This document shows, one piece after another, positions 27,056 to 42,100 of a DNA stretch of 64,000 nt (its first letter is position 1; each line of letters begins with the position of its first letter). The notes below the pieces were generated by a model. That model made no database searches and had not been told where the DNA came from. It saw nothing but the letters and a program-made list of their open reading frames with translations. Both the position numbers and the translations under genes were made by a program. Source of the stretch: Paragordius varius (Eukaryota; Animalia; Nematomorpha); assembly GCA_964247055.1 (NCBI GenBank), contig OZ176052.1:1612001-1676000 (forward strand), read 5' to 3'.

Positions 27056-29316
27056 CAGTAAAATTTGATATGCCTAAAGTACGGTTAATAATAAGTCCAA
27101 AATTGTTTTAAGGTATAAATTTTTTAAGGGCTTGAAGAGAGGTAAGAGACATATTTTACAATACTGTATTAACAATAAATCAAATATCCAAAAAAATATT
27201 GGTTTAATTTCAAAAAATTTGACTTTTGGATGTAATTTTAAGTCTCTATATGTATATATACATGTATATTAAAATTCCCTGATCATTTCAGGTTTCTATA
27301 CATTTATAGAATTTTAAAAATATGCCAATAGTTTTTAGCATATATACCATTTACAGTTCAAATTCGCTTGACCTTGAACAATTTAAATTCTCCCTTGAAC
27401 AATTCAAATTCACCCTAAAAATAAATAATGTGTTCTCAAACTAATATAATATTAATCTGAAATATATCTTTATGGCATAATCTTTTCAGTATTTTTTTAA
27501 TTTAAAACAAAATTTTATTTATTAAAAATATATAAAAATATGGGTAATTTTTAATCTTTTGATCCATGGTGAATTTGAATTGTAAATGATATGTATTATA
27601 CTGTAAAATTTATATGGTCTAAAATACGGTTAATACTACAAAATACTTTTTAACTATAAATATTTTCAGGGCTTTAATATATGAGTTAAGAGACAAATTC
27701 TTATTTCACAATCCCATATAAATAAATCAAATATCCAAAAAATTTGGTTCAATTTTAAATGGTTTTACTTTTAGATGACTTTTAAATAATTTTAGGTTTA
27801 TTTTATATATTCTTCTCCTGATCTTTTCATATGTATATATATATATATATATATATTATCAAAAGTTTTTTGAATATATATTGACTTAAAAATATTATTT
27901 TAAATCAATTTTTTTTATAATTTCTTTTTCCATCCATTTATTTAGTCTTTGGATATAAATTCTACGCATAATGCACACCCCCATGCAGTAACAAAAGAAC
28001 AAATTGTTAAAATTTCGTTGGCTTTACCCCTAGCCAAATTTCTTACATCTTTACCTGTCATGAATAAAAACCAAAGCTATCGCAAAAATGATAATAAAAC
28101 TACAAAGTTTAAAGGTCAATCGTTTGAGGCAATGTCAACTCAATCAATCGATACGGAATATTTTATAAATAAGTTTTTGTTTTTTTAAAATTTTATTTTT
28201 GAGCAAGTTTTTTTTGGATTATAGCTTATCTTACAATTTCACTTTTTTTACTTTTATGAGCAATGCCTAAGGATATTTGATGCGGACCCGCGGTTTTACG
28301 CGATTTTAAGATAATCTTTTTTTCCTTTTTTAACCTAATTTTTTATTTGTAATTCAATTACAAATGTATTAATAGGTTTTTTTTATTAAAATTAGTATAA
28401 ATTAATATTATAGTTTGTACACTTAATTTTTTCCTTAAGAAATAAAATCATAAAATTAATAATATACCATTTACAATTCAAATTCACCCTCAAATAAATT
28501 ATTTTTTAAAAAAAATTAAAATTATTTGTATTTTAATATATTTTTTAAAAAAAAAATTGTTTAAAATTAAAATAATACTGAAAAAGTAATTATTTATGCC
28601 ATAAAGATATATTTCATATTAATAATGAATTATATTAGTTTGAATGCACATAATTGTATTTTTAGGTTTAAAATTAAATAATACTGAAAAAATAATTAAC
28701 TTAGCCATAAAGATATATTTCATATTAATATTGAGTTATATTAGTTCCAAAATACATAATAATTGTTTAAGGGTGAATTTGAATTGTTCAAGGGTGAATT
28801 CAAAACTGTACATGGTATATATCTTTGAGATTTTTTTGTTATAAATATTTTATATTTACCTAAATTTTTTTTAGCCTAATTTACAAATTGTGTGGAACGC
28901 TCAAGAGTCGAGCTCAAAGCCTACGTGAAGCTGGTCGTGATACACTTAAACAAATTTCCATTTACCTTTTTACATCTTTTACTACGAAACAAATTCCCCC
29001 TAACAATTTATCACCAACAGAATCTTTTATGGAAATTGATTATAATCACAATAATAATAATAAAATAATTAAAATCGAAGATAATTTTAATTTTAGCCAA
29101 AAAGATGGAATAAATTCAGGGAGTTTAACGAAATTCGCTAAATATTATGTTCTTATCATTGAACATTTGGATGGCTTACTACAGAAAGGATATCAAAGGT
29201 ATACTTTTTTTAATATATCTAGCTAAGTCTCTTGCTTTTTCGCTAATTATTTAATTTTTTTTTGGTTTTTCATGAATTTCTTTGCTGAAATTATAGTTTT
29301 ATTTTATGGAATCTGA

Positions 29317-29356
<40 letters not shown>

Positions 29357-32300
29357 TTTTTTTGTAACTGTTGAATAATTTTTTTGTAAAGTAAACAGAG
29401 GTTGAACAAATAAAACTTATTTTTTATTTCTTTTTTAATCATTTCCTCCCTTAAAAAATATTTATATATATATTATATATACTTTTATTAATTTAAATTT
29501 GCAAATTATATGGTATTGTGTAGAAATGTTTTATTGTACACCATCCATGTGCTGTTGGAAGAATGGAATAAATATGGTTTGACCAAATACCTTGGACTTG
29601 CATTACAAGATTTACCCTATAAATCGCCTACTAGTCTTAACAACAATAAAGACGATAATTTGATGAATGATGAAGAAATATCCACAAATACGACAGATTT
29701 TAGATTACCAAAGAATTTAGCAACACGTGTCAAATGTGTCACACAAAAAGTTATGGATATAGCGCTCTCCCAAATTTTTGCAAAGTTATAAAATTATTCC
29801 TCCATTTTATTTTACCATGTACTGAATTATTTGATGAAAATAAGGCTTCAAATATAAAAATCTAAGAAGAGATAAAAATAAAATTTAGCAATACTTTTTT
29901 TAGATTTTTGTTTAACAATTAAATGGTTTTTTTTAAAAATATAAGATATGAGTAAATACCCATAATTAAATAACTAATTTATATTAAGAATATTATCATT
30001 AGGTTAGTAATTTTAAAAAACATAAATTCATAAATAGATGGCGTAATATATAAAGAATCAATTACAGGACGGCATCAAATGAATTTTTATGCCACATGAA
30101 GGAACAATTAATTATATTTATAATTATTTATGAGTGTTTGTGCGCCCAATAGAAGTTAAAATATTTTATATAACTTTAGGCATTAACTTTTACTTATACT
30201 TGTTTAGTGAGCTTTGATGGAAAACCATCGTAAAAATTTTTGGCTATAAATACAGTATGCATTTTAATGTATGTTAAGTAAATTTTTATTAAATGCGTAA
30301 AATACTGACCCACGAAATTATTTCGTAGTACTGCACATATGAAAGAGAATTGACTTGAGAATTAGTATAGGCGCTAATTTGATGGATATTTTATAATGTT
30401 AAATTTTGAGAATATTAAAGCATTTTATGTTAACATTAAAATATTGTTGTTACGTATTTAGATGCGGAATTTTGTGGGATTTTATCTTTAATATATAAAT
30501 ACAGTATGCATTTTAATGTATGTTAAGTAATTTTTTTGCCAATCAAATAAAATAAATAAATAGTTTACCAAATGTGAAAAATATTGCTCAACAAAATTAT
30601 TTCGTAGTACACATATGAAAGAGGATTGACGTGAGAATTAACATAAGCTTTAATTTGATGGATATTTTGTTGTAATGCTAAATTTTGAGATTATAGCAAT
30701 TTTATGTTAACATTTGATGAATTTATTGTTGTGATACGTTTTTCGCATTTGATAAACCATTTCTTTTATTTTACTGGCACAAAAATTACTTAACAGACAA
30801 TAAACATACTGCATATAAATTAATATTAAAGCCTACCTAAATCCCATTTAAGCGATAAAATAAATATACTTATTTGAAATATAACATTTTTTTTACAAAT
30901 TTAGTTATATCAAGCTGTGTTGTATATGAACGAACTGGGCTACTTGTGACCATACATATATTTTATTGCATAATCCATACATATATATATTGTATGAAAA
31001 CAATATAAAAAAAGTCTCTAGATTTAAATTTTTATTAAATTTTCGATAGCATTTAAACTAAAGACATATATTATTGGAAAAAAGAGAAATATGCATTCAA
31101 TTAAGACGATTATAGCTCATTTCCCATTGATATATTATATGATATCTGCTAATATTAATTTAATTTTTTCGCTGATTAATTTATAAGTTTCCTTTTTTTA
31201 CTTTGCAATTTAGTTGGCAATTGCATTTCGACTTTAGCATATTGTGCCCTTTTGTAATTTTCATATCAAAATACTTTTTTATACCATAGACAAGAAGATA
31301 AAATATCAGGTGATATGATAACATTCCTGAACGATCGTGAAAATGGAGGCGCAATTAATACTGAATTAACGCCACACTTGAAATGTTATGAGAATCGTAG
31401 CAGTGTGTTAGATTCAAAAGCTTATCATACTATAACTTTGCTTGTCAGTGCAATTTACAGCAATCAAAACTTTTTCTTAGCTGCTGAGAACCACACAAAT
31501 GAGATTGAAATGCTAGAGGTAATTTGTTTTATTAAGAGGGGGGGGGAATATGGTTTTTTTTGACGTTAAAGAAAAATTAATTTTATTAAGCGTGTTTAAT
31601 AATTATAGGTTTGGAAAATATTATCTTTAGCTAAAATTTTAATTTTATTGCAATAATTTTCAAGCATAAATCATTTAATATTTTTTCAAAGATATAAATT
31701 TTATTTATTATATATTAATAAGGGTTTAAGTAGCAGATATATTTTTTGATAAAGTATACTTGTAGAAATTGAAAATATACACTTTAACTAACTTAATTAT
31801 TGCTAAATTATTATCCCAAATTTATTTAATTTTAGCTTAATAAATAAGTTGTTAAGTAATAATGTTTTAATATTTATTATTTACCAAAAAATTTTATATA
31901 TAATTTAAACTGGTTATAACAAATATAATATATTAATATATAATAATTAAAATCCTTTTACTTTGTAAAATCTATCTAGAAAAAAGATAGTATATCAACA
32001 CCGAGCTCACAACTACCTCTCAATATATTTTCCATTGATCAAACTAAATTATTGCAAGTCTTTGCCAAACTCATTTTAGCACCCATCTTGGAGTTTATGT
32101 TGGGAAAAATTGGAACTAATAGCCATAGACAAAATTTATTTACCAGCCCGACTGGGGTAAAGCGTTTAAAACGAACCCTTGAACATATTAGACAAGGCTT
32201 GCTACTTCAGAATAATAATAATAATAATAATTTTGATTCTAAAACACCAAAGAATAAGAAATTATCATCGTTGGAAAGGTAAAATTTTGCAAATATTTAA

Positions 32301-35300
32301 AAAGCTAAAAAATTTTAATAAATGAACGAGTTTAATATATCTTTTGTGTAAAATGCTTTAAAAAAGTGTTATAAAGATTTGTTTTTAATCGCAGGAAAGA
32401 ATACAAACTAACATTGGTTGGTAAACTTCTTTTCAAACAAATAAAGTTTTTATTAATGGTTAAATTTTTCATTATTCTGTAATTAACATTTTGAGAAATC
32501 ATTATATAGAAACGTTATATATTAGTGCATACATATTAATGCTCAAGGAAAAATAAGAAATGATTTAGCTTTAAAAAGCCTGAGTTATAGTAGTAAAAAT
32601 GGTTTATCTATATTATATTTATTTTTTCATAGCGCAAAACAACAATCTACCCTCAATATATCCCATTTGATTCTTGTACACGGCCTAATAACTGGAAAAC
32701 TTGTACAATCCCTCCGTGATGGTGATGACACTCTTAAACACAAAAAATCTGAAAATAAATCCTTATCTAATGATCAAAATAAAAACAAAATTTCGAAAAA
32801 TCCTTCTATTACCCCGTTATATTTGCAAAGGAGTTGTTATGAATTGGATAAACCCATACTTATCCGACATGGTCAATTCAAAACTGAAGCTTTGCTACCT
32901 GAAGATGATAATATAAAAACTTGCATGGTTTATCTTTATTAACTTTTAAGGCAACTCAAATTATTGACTTTCTATAAAATGAGCGTGTTTTTTGGTTTTA
33001 TAAAATATAAAAGGTTGTTAAAAAAATAACCCAAGATATTATAATAAATGCGGTTAAAATTTCTTAGATATCGTTTTAAAACATTTGATATGAAACGTAA
33101 ATTATCTAATTAAATAAAAATTTGAAAGAAAACCCAAAAATGTACTTTATCAGTATAAAAGGACTGTTTTTTAATAATTTCGCATATAGTTTGATAGGTT
33201 TTACTGTAAATGGTTACAAAAAGGTAAAAAATAATAAGTATTAGGCTGTTTTAAAAAAATCATATTTTTTTGCCTAATTTTTATGTAACTTTTATTATTG
33301 TGAAATATATAATTAGGTGGTTTACTAATTTACATCCCTATTGATTTTATATCAAACGTATTATTATAAAACAATTAGAAATATGATTTGCTTTTTTAAT
33401 TAATTTTTTTGTTTAAACTATATTTTTTTAATCAAATTTAGATTGATATATCAGGTGAAGATAATCACGATCAAAACAGTAATAAAAAATTGAAACGTAA
33501 ACTCCCTGTATATTTCAATACATTTTGTGAATTTGGTCTTTCATATTTTCTGTCTATTCTACGAAACATGGACAATAATGGTTATGTTCCAACTTCAAAT
33601 GGTAGTTATTTAACATTTAGATTTTAGTCTTCAAGAAAATTATTATTGAAATTATAGGCATAAAACTATATGATATTTTTTGAAATTTATATATATCAAT
33701 TGTTTGTAAAATTTAAAATAATCGGCTTTTTAAGGCTTTGAGTAGTCAGTATATTTTAAAAAATCCAATAAATCTTATGCGTCTTTTAACATGATAATTA
33801 TATTTAAAGATAAAAAATTCTTAAAGTTTTACTTTTCAACATACATTTATTTTAGAAGAACATTGAATTACAAAAAAAAGAATTAATATACAGTTAGAAT
33901 CCAATCATTGCTTTAAAAAATATAATGGCTAACAAAATTTAAAACTAATAAACTAATTGAATATTCAAGTTTTTTCATTTTGTTACCTATATAGTTTAAA
34001 TTTATGTTGTTGTTTTTTCTAGAAGAAAATGGTAATTGTACGGTGTTAGCCCCATTTCTCCCTGCCCTGTGTGATATCATTTCCTCGAATACGCATTCAA
34101 CATTACTTAAAATCTCTGCCCTAAAATGTTGTTCACTACTTTTTGTGCGATTTGGCACGCAACTTTATACGGAATTAACTACTGATTTTGAGCACGTGTG
34201 TAAAATTCAATTGATTCCCTCGCTTTTTACCATCCTTGATGAGTATGGATCAGTTAATATGGCCCGTGGGCCGATATATACCCTAGTAGTTAATGCTCTT
34301 AAGGTTTTTCGATTTTTTTTTGCTTTTTCTTTTGTTAATTTTATCATTTTGCGCGCGCGGGTGATAAATAGTTTTGTTTGATATATTTCAATTATGTTAG
34401 TTTGATATTATTTTTTTATGGGTAATATTGCTTTTTAAGTTTAAATTTAAACGTTATTTTAGGTAATTTTTTGGTTATTTCTTTTTTATTTGAAATCTAA
34501 GGGGGTTAAAGTATATAAAATATATATTTCTTGTTGATTTTATTTAGTTATGAGAAAAGAAATTTAAAACATGTTATAAAAATCGTAATACATTTGTGTT
34601 TATTTATCATTACTTATATGGACTTAGTACAATATATACCATTTACAATTACAATTAAATTCACTCTTGAACAATTCAAATTCACCCTAAAAATAAATTA
34701 TGTGTTTTGGGGCTAATAATAACTCCTTATTAATATAAAATATATCTTTTTATGGTATAGTTTATTATTTTTTCAGTATTATATTAATTTTGAACAAAAT
34801 TTTATTTTTAAAAAATATAAAAAATTATAGGTAATTTTTAATCCTAAAAAACATAATTTATTTTAGGGTGAATTTGAATTGTTCGAGAGTGAATTTGAAT
34901 TGTTCAAGGGTGAATTTGAATTGTTCAAGGGTGAATGGTACATATAATTTCGTATTTGGCATTAAATTTCCTTATTTATTTTTTTACACTATTATTATTC
35001 AATTTTTCATTATGCAACTTACTACGATATTTACTTTAAATGTTTTAAATAAACACATATTTTTTTATATATGTTTAGACTTTGGCCACACTAATAAAAA
35101 AGTATAAACCAGCTACTGTTTTAGGCCTTACTCATGAACATTATAAAGCATTGCTTACATCACCTTACTATACAATTGATGAGGACCAACTTTTGTTTGC
35201 CCGATTTGAAGGTTATAATTAATATTTATTTCAAAATTTAACAAATTATAACAGAACTAAGTATTACGGAAAACGGGTTGACAGTTTAATAATTGCATAT

Positions 35301-36092
35301 GGGCATATTCGTTTGTTAAAAGGGAAAACTCATTTAAATTAATTTCGATAAAAACAAATGTTTGAAACAATTATTATAAATGACAATTATTTAGAAAAAG
35401 TATAATAATTATATTACCAGTTTTTATATTTTATTTGATATCATTTTGTACACACACATGGTTATAAATAACTTGACTTGGTAGATCTAAAAACGGTCAT
35501 ACACATATGTTAAATAAAGACAATAATATTTTAATATAGAGGAATCCATATATTTTTTTTGCAAAATCTATATCCCTTATTTTTTATTTCACAACCAAAA
35601 ATGATAATGATTAATACATAAAAATTTACGCGTTCAAAAAATATAGTAGTTTTCATGCCAAAAACTATATTTGTCTTTTTTATTCTTTACTACATCTGTG
35701 ATTTTATATTATATATAGGTGAGGCACACGAAAAACGTGCTGCTTGCTTTGTGCTTTTAAGAGCGCTCATAGCTAGGCGTATTAGAGTCCCTGAACTAAA
35801 ATCCTTGATGATAAATGTTTCTCGCCTCATGATTTACAGTGATATCGAAATTATGAGAGAATCTGCCCGACAGGTACTTTGGAATTGAATTATTTATTAA
35901 TGGTTTTACTGATAAAAGATTTAATTACAATAGCGTTCTGTAATCTATAGATTATTAAAATTTGTAGTTTGCCATTAATATATAGATCACTTTATACCTA
36001 TATGTAATTATATATAGCGACGTTAAAGTTTTAATATTGACATTATATTCGTCTAGCGATTTTCCGGATTATTGAGACTTTTTCCGTTTATG

Positions 36093-36145
<53 letters not shown>

Positions 36146-39100
36146 GTATGCATTTTAATGGTTGCTTATATCACATTATAGTAAGGCAATTCGCAACGCA
36201 TGAATATATAGAAAAAAAAGAAAGGAAATAATTGTTTATTCAACAACATTTTATGTTTTTTTCCTACACTACTGTGTTGCAAATTGCCCTCTTATAATGT
36301 GAAATAAACAATCATTTAAATGCATACTGTATATATATATATAGCTTTACTTGAAATACATTATGGTATATTCGGGTTATGGGATACGCGTGTCTAATAA
36401 CAATAATAACTCTTGTATAAATGAAGAATACATTCCACGCATTGTAAGTCAACGCTTTAATCTCCGAGCCCAAATTCAATTTATTTGCTCTAATCTGAGT
36501 TTTGGGGCCGTGAATGGTCGATTATCGCTATACACCTTCCTACAAGCTTTGATACATCGGTTACCTATAACAGCTTTTATTTCACAAACTTGGGATGATT
36601 TTAATGAGAATAATGGAGAAAATATGAATCACAATGAAAAGAATAACTCTGCTTTAAGTAATTTTTTTTATAACTTTATCCTTGATATTAGTTTGTGATT
36701 TAGATTAATTAATTAATCAATGAAATTTATTTTAACCACAAAATATAACATAAAAATATATAATTTAGAGGCCATTTTATTAATGGTCCTAATACTTGTA
36801 CGGTAATATGATCTCATTCAAAATGAAATAAACAAACTGATATTGGTTATAAAATACATTTCAATATGATTTCGGATAGATATAATTTTCTATCTATATA
36901 TTAGTTAACTCTCCAAACTTTAAAATATTTTTTCCGTTTAGATCAATCATTTGCAACAAATAATTTTACTGAGGAACAACGCCGCGCCCATCATCATCAA
37001 TCAAGGCGAAAACGTGGTGGGAAAAAGCGTAAAAAACCCGATTCTAATACCGTTTGTATTGAATTGCTTTACCTATCTTTGATGGCTCGAATACCTCATG
37101 AAACGGATAGCAAATGCCTGGATATGCTTTGGAACATTGTAAGTACACTCTTTGCAAAATTGGCTTTTGCACAAGAAAGTATACTTTCTACAACAACACA
37201 ACTCAACAATATGAGTTTTGGGAATAGCTCTATGTTAACACCCTCTGGTATGTCTATTTTGTAAAAAAAATTATGATTTTATGGTGTGACGATATGGCTG
37301 AATAAAAATAATGTTTTTAGACATGCTTTTTAAGGCATAAATTATTCTATGTAATTGTATACTGTTTTTTAATATATTGATTCTTTATTAAAGTTTATTA
37401 TGTATAGTTTATTATATTATGAACCAAATTTTAAGTTGCCGGAGATTTTTTTTATCAATGCATAATTAATTTTTTATTATATGCTATTTACAATTCAAAT
37501 TAACCCTTGAAATAATTTATTATAGATTTTTGGGCAATATTACCCATCATTTATATGTAATATATCTATATGGCATAGTTTATTAGTTTTCAGTATTATA
37601 TTAATTTTAGACAATTTTTTTTTGAAAATTAAAAAAAAATATAGGTAGTTTTTAATAAAAAAACATAAATTATAGGGTGGATTTGAATGAGGGTTAATTT
37701 GAATTGTTTAAGGGTGAATTCGAATTGTAAATAGTATATTTAAAACGATTCACATATCCAAGTTAATTAAAATAAATGGCAATATGTTAGTTATCAAAAT
37801 TATATTTTTAAGATTTATCTTTTTCCCAAAGGTAAAAAATCTAACAAATTGTCAAAATACCAAGCAATCGTTATGGAATTGATAAAATTAGCCTTAGTTT
37901 GGGCAACCTTTAACAAAGACACAAAAAAGGTATGTTTTTAATACAGGTATCTGTGACCTAATTTATTAAAATTAATTTTTAATAAGTAAAAATAAATTAA
38001 TTTTTAATATTAATTAAATCTAAATCGTAATCCTGTAATGAATTTTTATATTAATTTACTGATAAAGCCAATTTTAAATATATAATAATAATAATATATC
38101 CGCATTCATAAATTTTTATTGTGAGGATCTCAACTTATAAATGTAAAGTTCAAAAAATAAGTTTTCGTATCATTTAGCTTTATTACGTTTAGAAATAAAA
38201 CAAAGGTCGGATTGGTAAATCAATTATTACTTTTAGATATTGTTGTGATATTTTTTAAAATTTTTGTTTTAATTATTTTATTACTCATTTATTTAAATTT
38301 GACTATTCATTATTACCCTTTAGGACAATCTACAAATTTTGGGGACAGATATTATATCGGCTTATCTACAGTTATTCATCGAAGTATCAGATACAAATCC
38401 AAATTCGACAATTGATGTATCAAATAATAAGCAGCCTTCTTATATTAAAAATAATCAATTATTATCGCTCATTATACCCAAAAGCATGATAAACGATATT
38501 ATTGATATTTTGAGTGAAAATTTGACTTATGCCCTAACACAAAGTTATGAACTTAAGCTACGAATCGAGGAAGAACTTTTAAATTGCCCAGATTTCGACC
38601 ATAACGAGATTAATAATGAAGAATTGCAAAGTGGAAATAATGTTGGTGAAAATGATGGGGTACAATCCTTGTTAAATGATTGTAAAAATATTAATGATAA
38701 TAATAATTGGACTCTTGTTGGCTCATCTGAACAACCCTTTCCTAAGCATGAAAGTCTTGTGAAAAAGGTTTTTTTTTCATGCTTTTTGATTTTAAAGAAT
38801 ATATTTTTTACTTTTTTTTCTCTTATTTTTTAGGCAAAAAATTTCAATTAAGTGGCCCAAAAATGCTTAAATCCAGCATATTGGAATCATAACTTGATTT
38901 TTGATAAACAATAATAATTGATTTTTATAAGTATATCACATAATATATATTGAAAATATTTGGATTTATCTTTATACGTTACACAATTTTTATGTCAAAA
39001 AAATTATATACCATTTACAGTTCAAATTTACCCTTGAACAATTCACCTAAATTATGTGTTTTCGAATTAATATAACTCGTTATTAATATGATATCTTAAT

Positions 39101-42100
39101 GGTATTATTTTTCAGTATTATTTAAATAAACAAAATTTTATATTTTATAAATATAAAAAAATATAAGTAATTTTTATTTTTAAAAATCACAATAATTTAG
39201 TTTAGGGTGAATTTGAATTGTTCAAGGGTAAATTTAAAATATATCCTTATATTGTACCCAATTTTAATGTCCAAAAAAATAATATATTTTCAATTTTAAT
39301 GTCCAAAAAATGTTATATTTTCAATTAGTGCGCTGCAATAATAAATGTTTTATTTACGTTTGTTTTTCATCATATTTTCACATCACAGGAAAGCATTATA
39401 CATGAATTGCAAAGTCAACAAAAATTGTATGATAAATTTATATTTTCGACACTCACCGCCATAAATTCCTTGTCACAATGTTCAACAGCACAAATATATG
39501 ACAACATTTTTGAATCTTTCATTTCACGTAAAAATAAGAAGGCAAATAATACGCACCATTTATTGCAATACTTATTTTCCATTCTAGAAACTAATTCTCA
39601 AATTAAATTATCAATCTATTTATTACAACATACTCATCATTGGATCCGTAAATTGGTTCATTGTGTTTGGGCCAATGTTTTAGATCACTCTAGGGTAAGT
39701 TTTTCTTTGTCTTTACATATTACATCCATCACATTTAAAAGCTTATTTTACAGTCAAAATTGAAAATTTTTACAAATTCACCTTTAAAAGATTGTCAATT
39801 ATTATATGGGCTACATATATTTTTTGTTAAAATAACCTACTTTATGGTTTTAAAATATTATCGGGAGTTTAATTTCATATGTACCTTTTTATACAACGTT
39901 AATTATATAGGGGGTTATAGAAAATATTGTCCCTTCACAAAATTGACAATCTTTTATTGTTATGTTTTTAAAATTTTTAGTGTCGATAAATTTATTTAAA
40001 ATAATTTATCAATAATAGATACCACATCTAGTCATACGGGCTATGGAATACACAAATACTGAAGAGTTTAATCAAAGCCTTGTTCAGAATAATGCAACGC
40101 CAAAAGGTGCAAAAATGAAATCAGTTTCGAAAAATTCTGTTTTTGTCAAAAATACTGATTCATTTTTACTTCATTTTATCCGCAATCATATTTTATGTGC
40201 CAATGTTAATCAAATCCAAAGGCTGGCCGATTCATTTTTCTTACACTTCCGATCTCCGTACATTGATCTGGAGTTTTTGAAATTGGTGATTTACGTTACT
40301 TTATTTGATAATATCTCTATGTAACATTAAAACCATTTTTGCCGGTTAACAAATTTATGTTGTACATGGATGAGATAATTTTTTTAATATCTGGTTTAAT
40401 ATTATAAAGGCATATAAATGTGTTTTTGTAATTAATAAATTTTTTCCAACTTGATAAAAATTGCATATTAACCATTTAAAATATTAAAACAAATATAATG
40501 AATAGTCAAAAAAATGCTTTTTAAATGAGCCTCTAAATTTGGCATAAATCAATTATAATGGCACAACTAATGGTTATTGCAATATAGGTGCAAATTTATA
40601 AAATAATTGTGTGAGACTTTTCAAATTTTTTTTCACATTAAAAATATATTTTACCATTTTTTATGCCGACTAGCTAATAGAAATTTTGAATTCGAAATAT
40701 GACTTGTAAATTATAAAGCGGTTTCCTGTGTTTTCTTAAAGGTTTGATGACAATATGCTATATAAATTTTATAGACTAAAAATTCAAATTATATGCATGA
40801 AACGCAAAAATATTAAGACTAATATTTTATTCAAAACATACCCATATATTTCAAGTTTGATTTTTTTAGATATAACTCATTGTTTTAAACAGCAACGTAT
40901 TAAATAGAGATATATATTACTTACACAATCAATTTCATATTTTGAAATTGTAAATAATGATTTTTTATTAAGATAAATATAGGTTTGAATAAGTCTAGGT
41001 TGTCTTTTGAAAAAAATATTCTTTATATTTGTTTCGCGTATAATTTCAATTTTTACTGTATATTTTGTTGGAAAAAAAATCTCCTAGCTTTCTCCAAATC
41101 TCGCTTTCATTGGAAGTTGCTTGTTTGCATCAGAATATGGTCGACCTTTTTCCAAAGAAGTGCTCAAAATAACTCAAAATTCCAATGTTACAAATTTTAG
41201 TTATAGCGAAGAAGCAGATAGATATAACGCACATTTACCTCCGTTTTTTTGGTTCCTACGTAAAATGAATCGTGAATACGTTTACGAAGCCAAAATGGGT
41301 GGACACCGACAATTTGAAAAGGTAAATGAGTTTAGTAGTTAATGTATTCTATTCTTATCTGCAAAATTTTAACAAAGGAACACACTTAAATTTTACAGAT
41401 GAGATATTTAGTTACCCGACCGACCATAATTTAATTTTGAATCAAGGGTTGATTGAAACTTTTAAGTCAAGTAATTTTTTTGTTTCTGGTTCCGGTTCGA
41501 ACCAATTTCTTACAAACAATTTTGATCATATAGTTATGGTAAGAATAATTTTAGTTCTTGTTCCCTTGTTTTTCAATTAAATGGTTCTATATGGGTTTGA
41601 CTTTTTTAATTTGGCCATAGCCTATTGATTTAATCATATAATATGGATAAAATCTCACAAAAACATTAGCATATATACTATAAAAAATGCTGCTTTTTTT
41701 CAAAAAATCGAGAAAATATTCCAATAAAAGGCGTGATTTGGAATAGAAAATAAATTGTAAAAAAATATATTTATATCAGTGGATCCCTATTTAACCGGTT
41801 AAAAACAATTTTAAAAAATAATAAGTTTCTCACCCTCCAATTAATTACATTTTTTAAAAATATTTTTTTTTCATTTCAGCGTATGATATTAATCCAAATC
41901 ATGAATACCATAATGAGTGATTTATGTCACGGTATAATAACAAAGAACTCCACCCCTGTAAAGGCAGAAAGCCAATTAATTGAAACAAAACCATCTATTT
42001 CATGCCTTCAAGAAAGATTTAGGCTTGAGATTGAAAACCTATCGGAACTTTTAAATTCTGATAACAATAAGAACTCTGGAAACAATGAAACCAAAAAGAT

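Noticed and set aside
34868-35107. ORFs with NLNCSRV / LEQFKFT repeats (also 16272, 28644, 34531, 46842, 8628)
   Set aside because: These are translations of the MITE-1 TIR modules.
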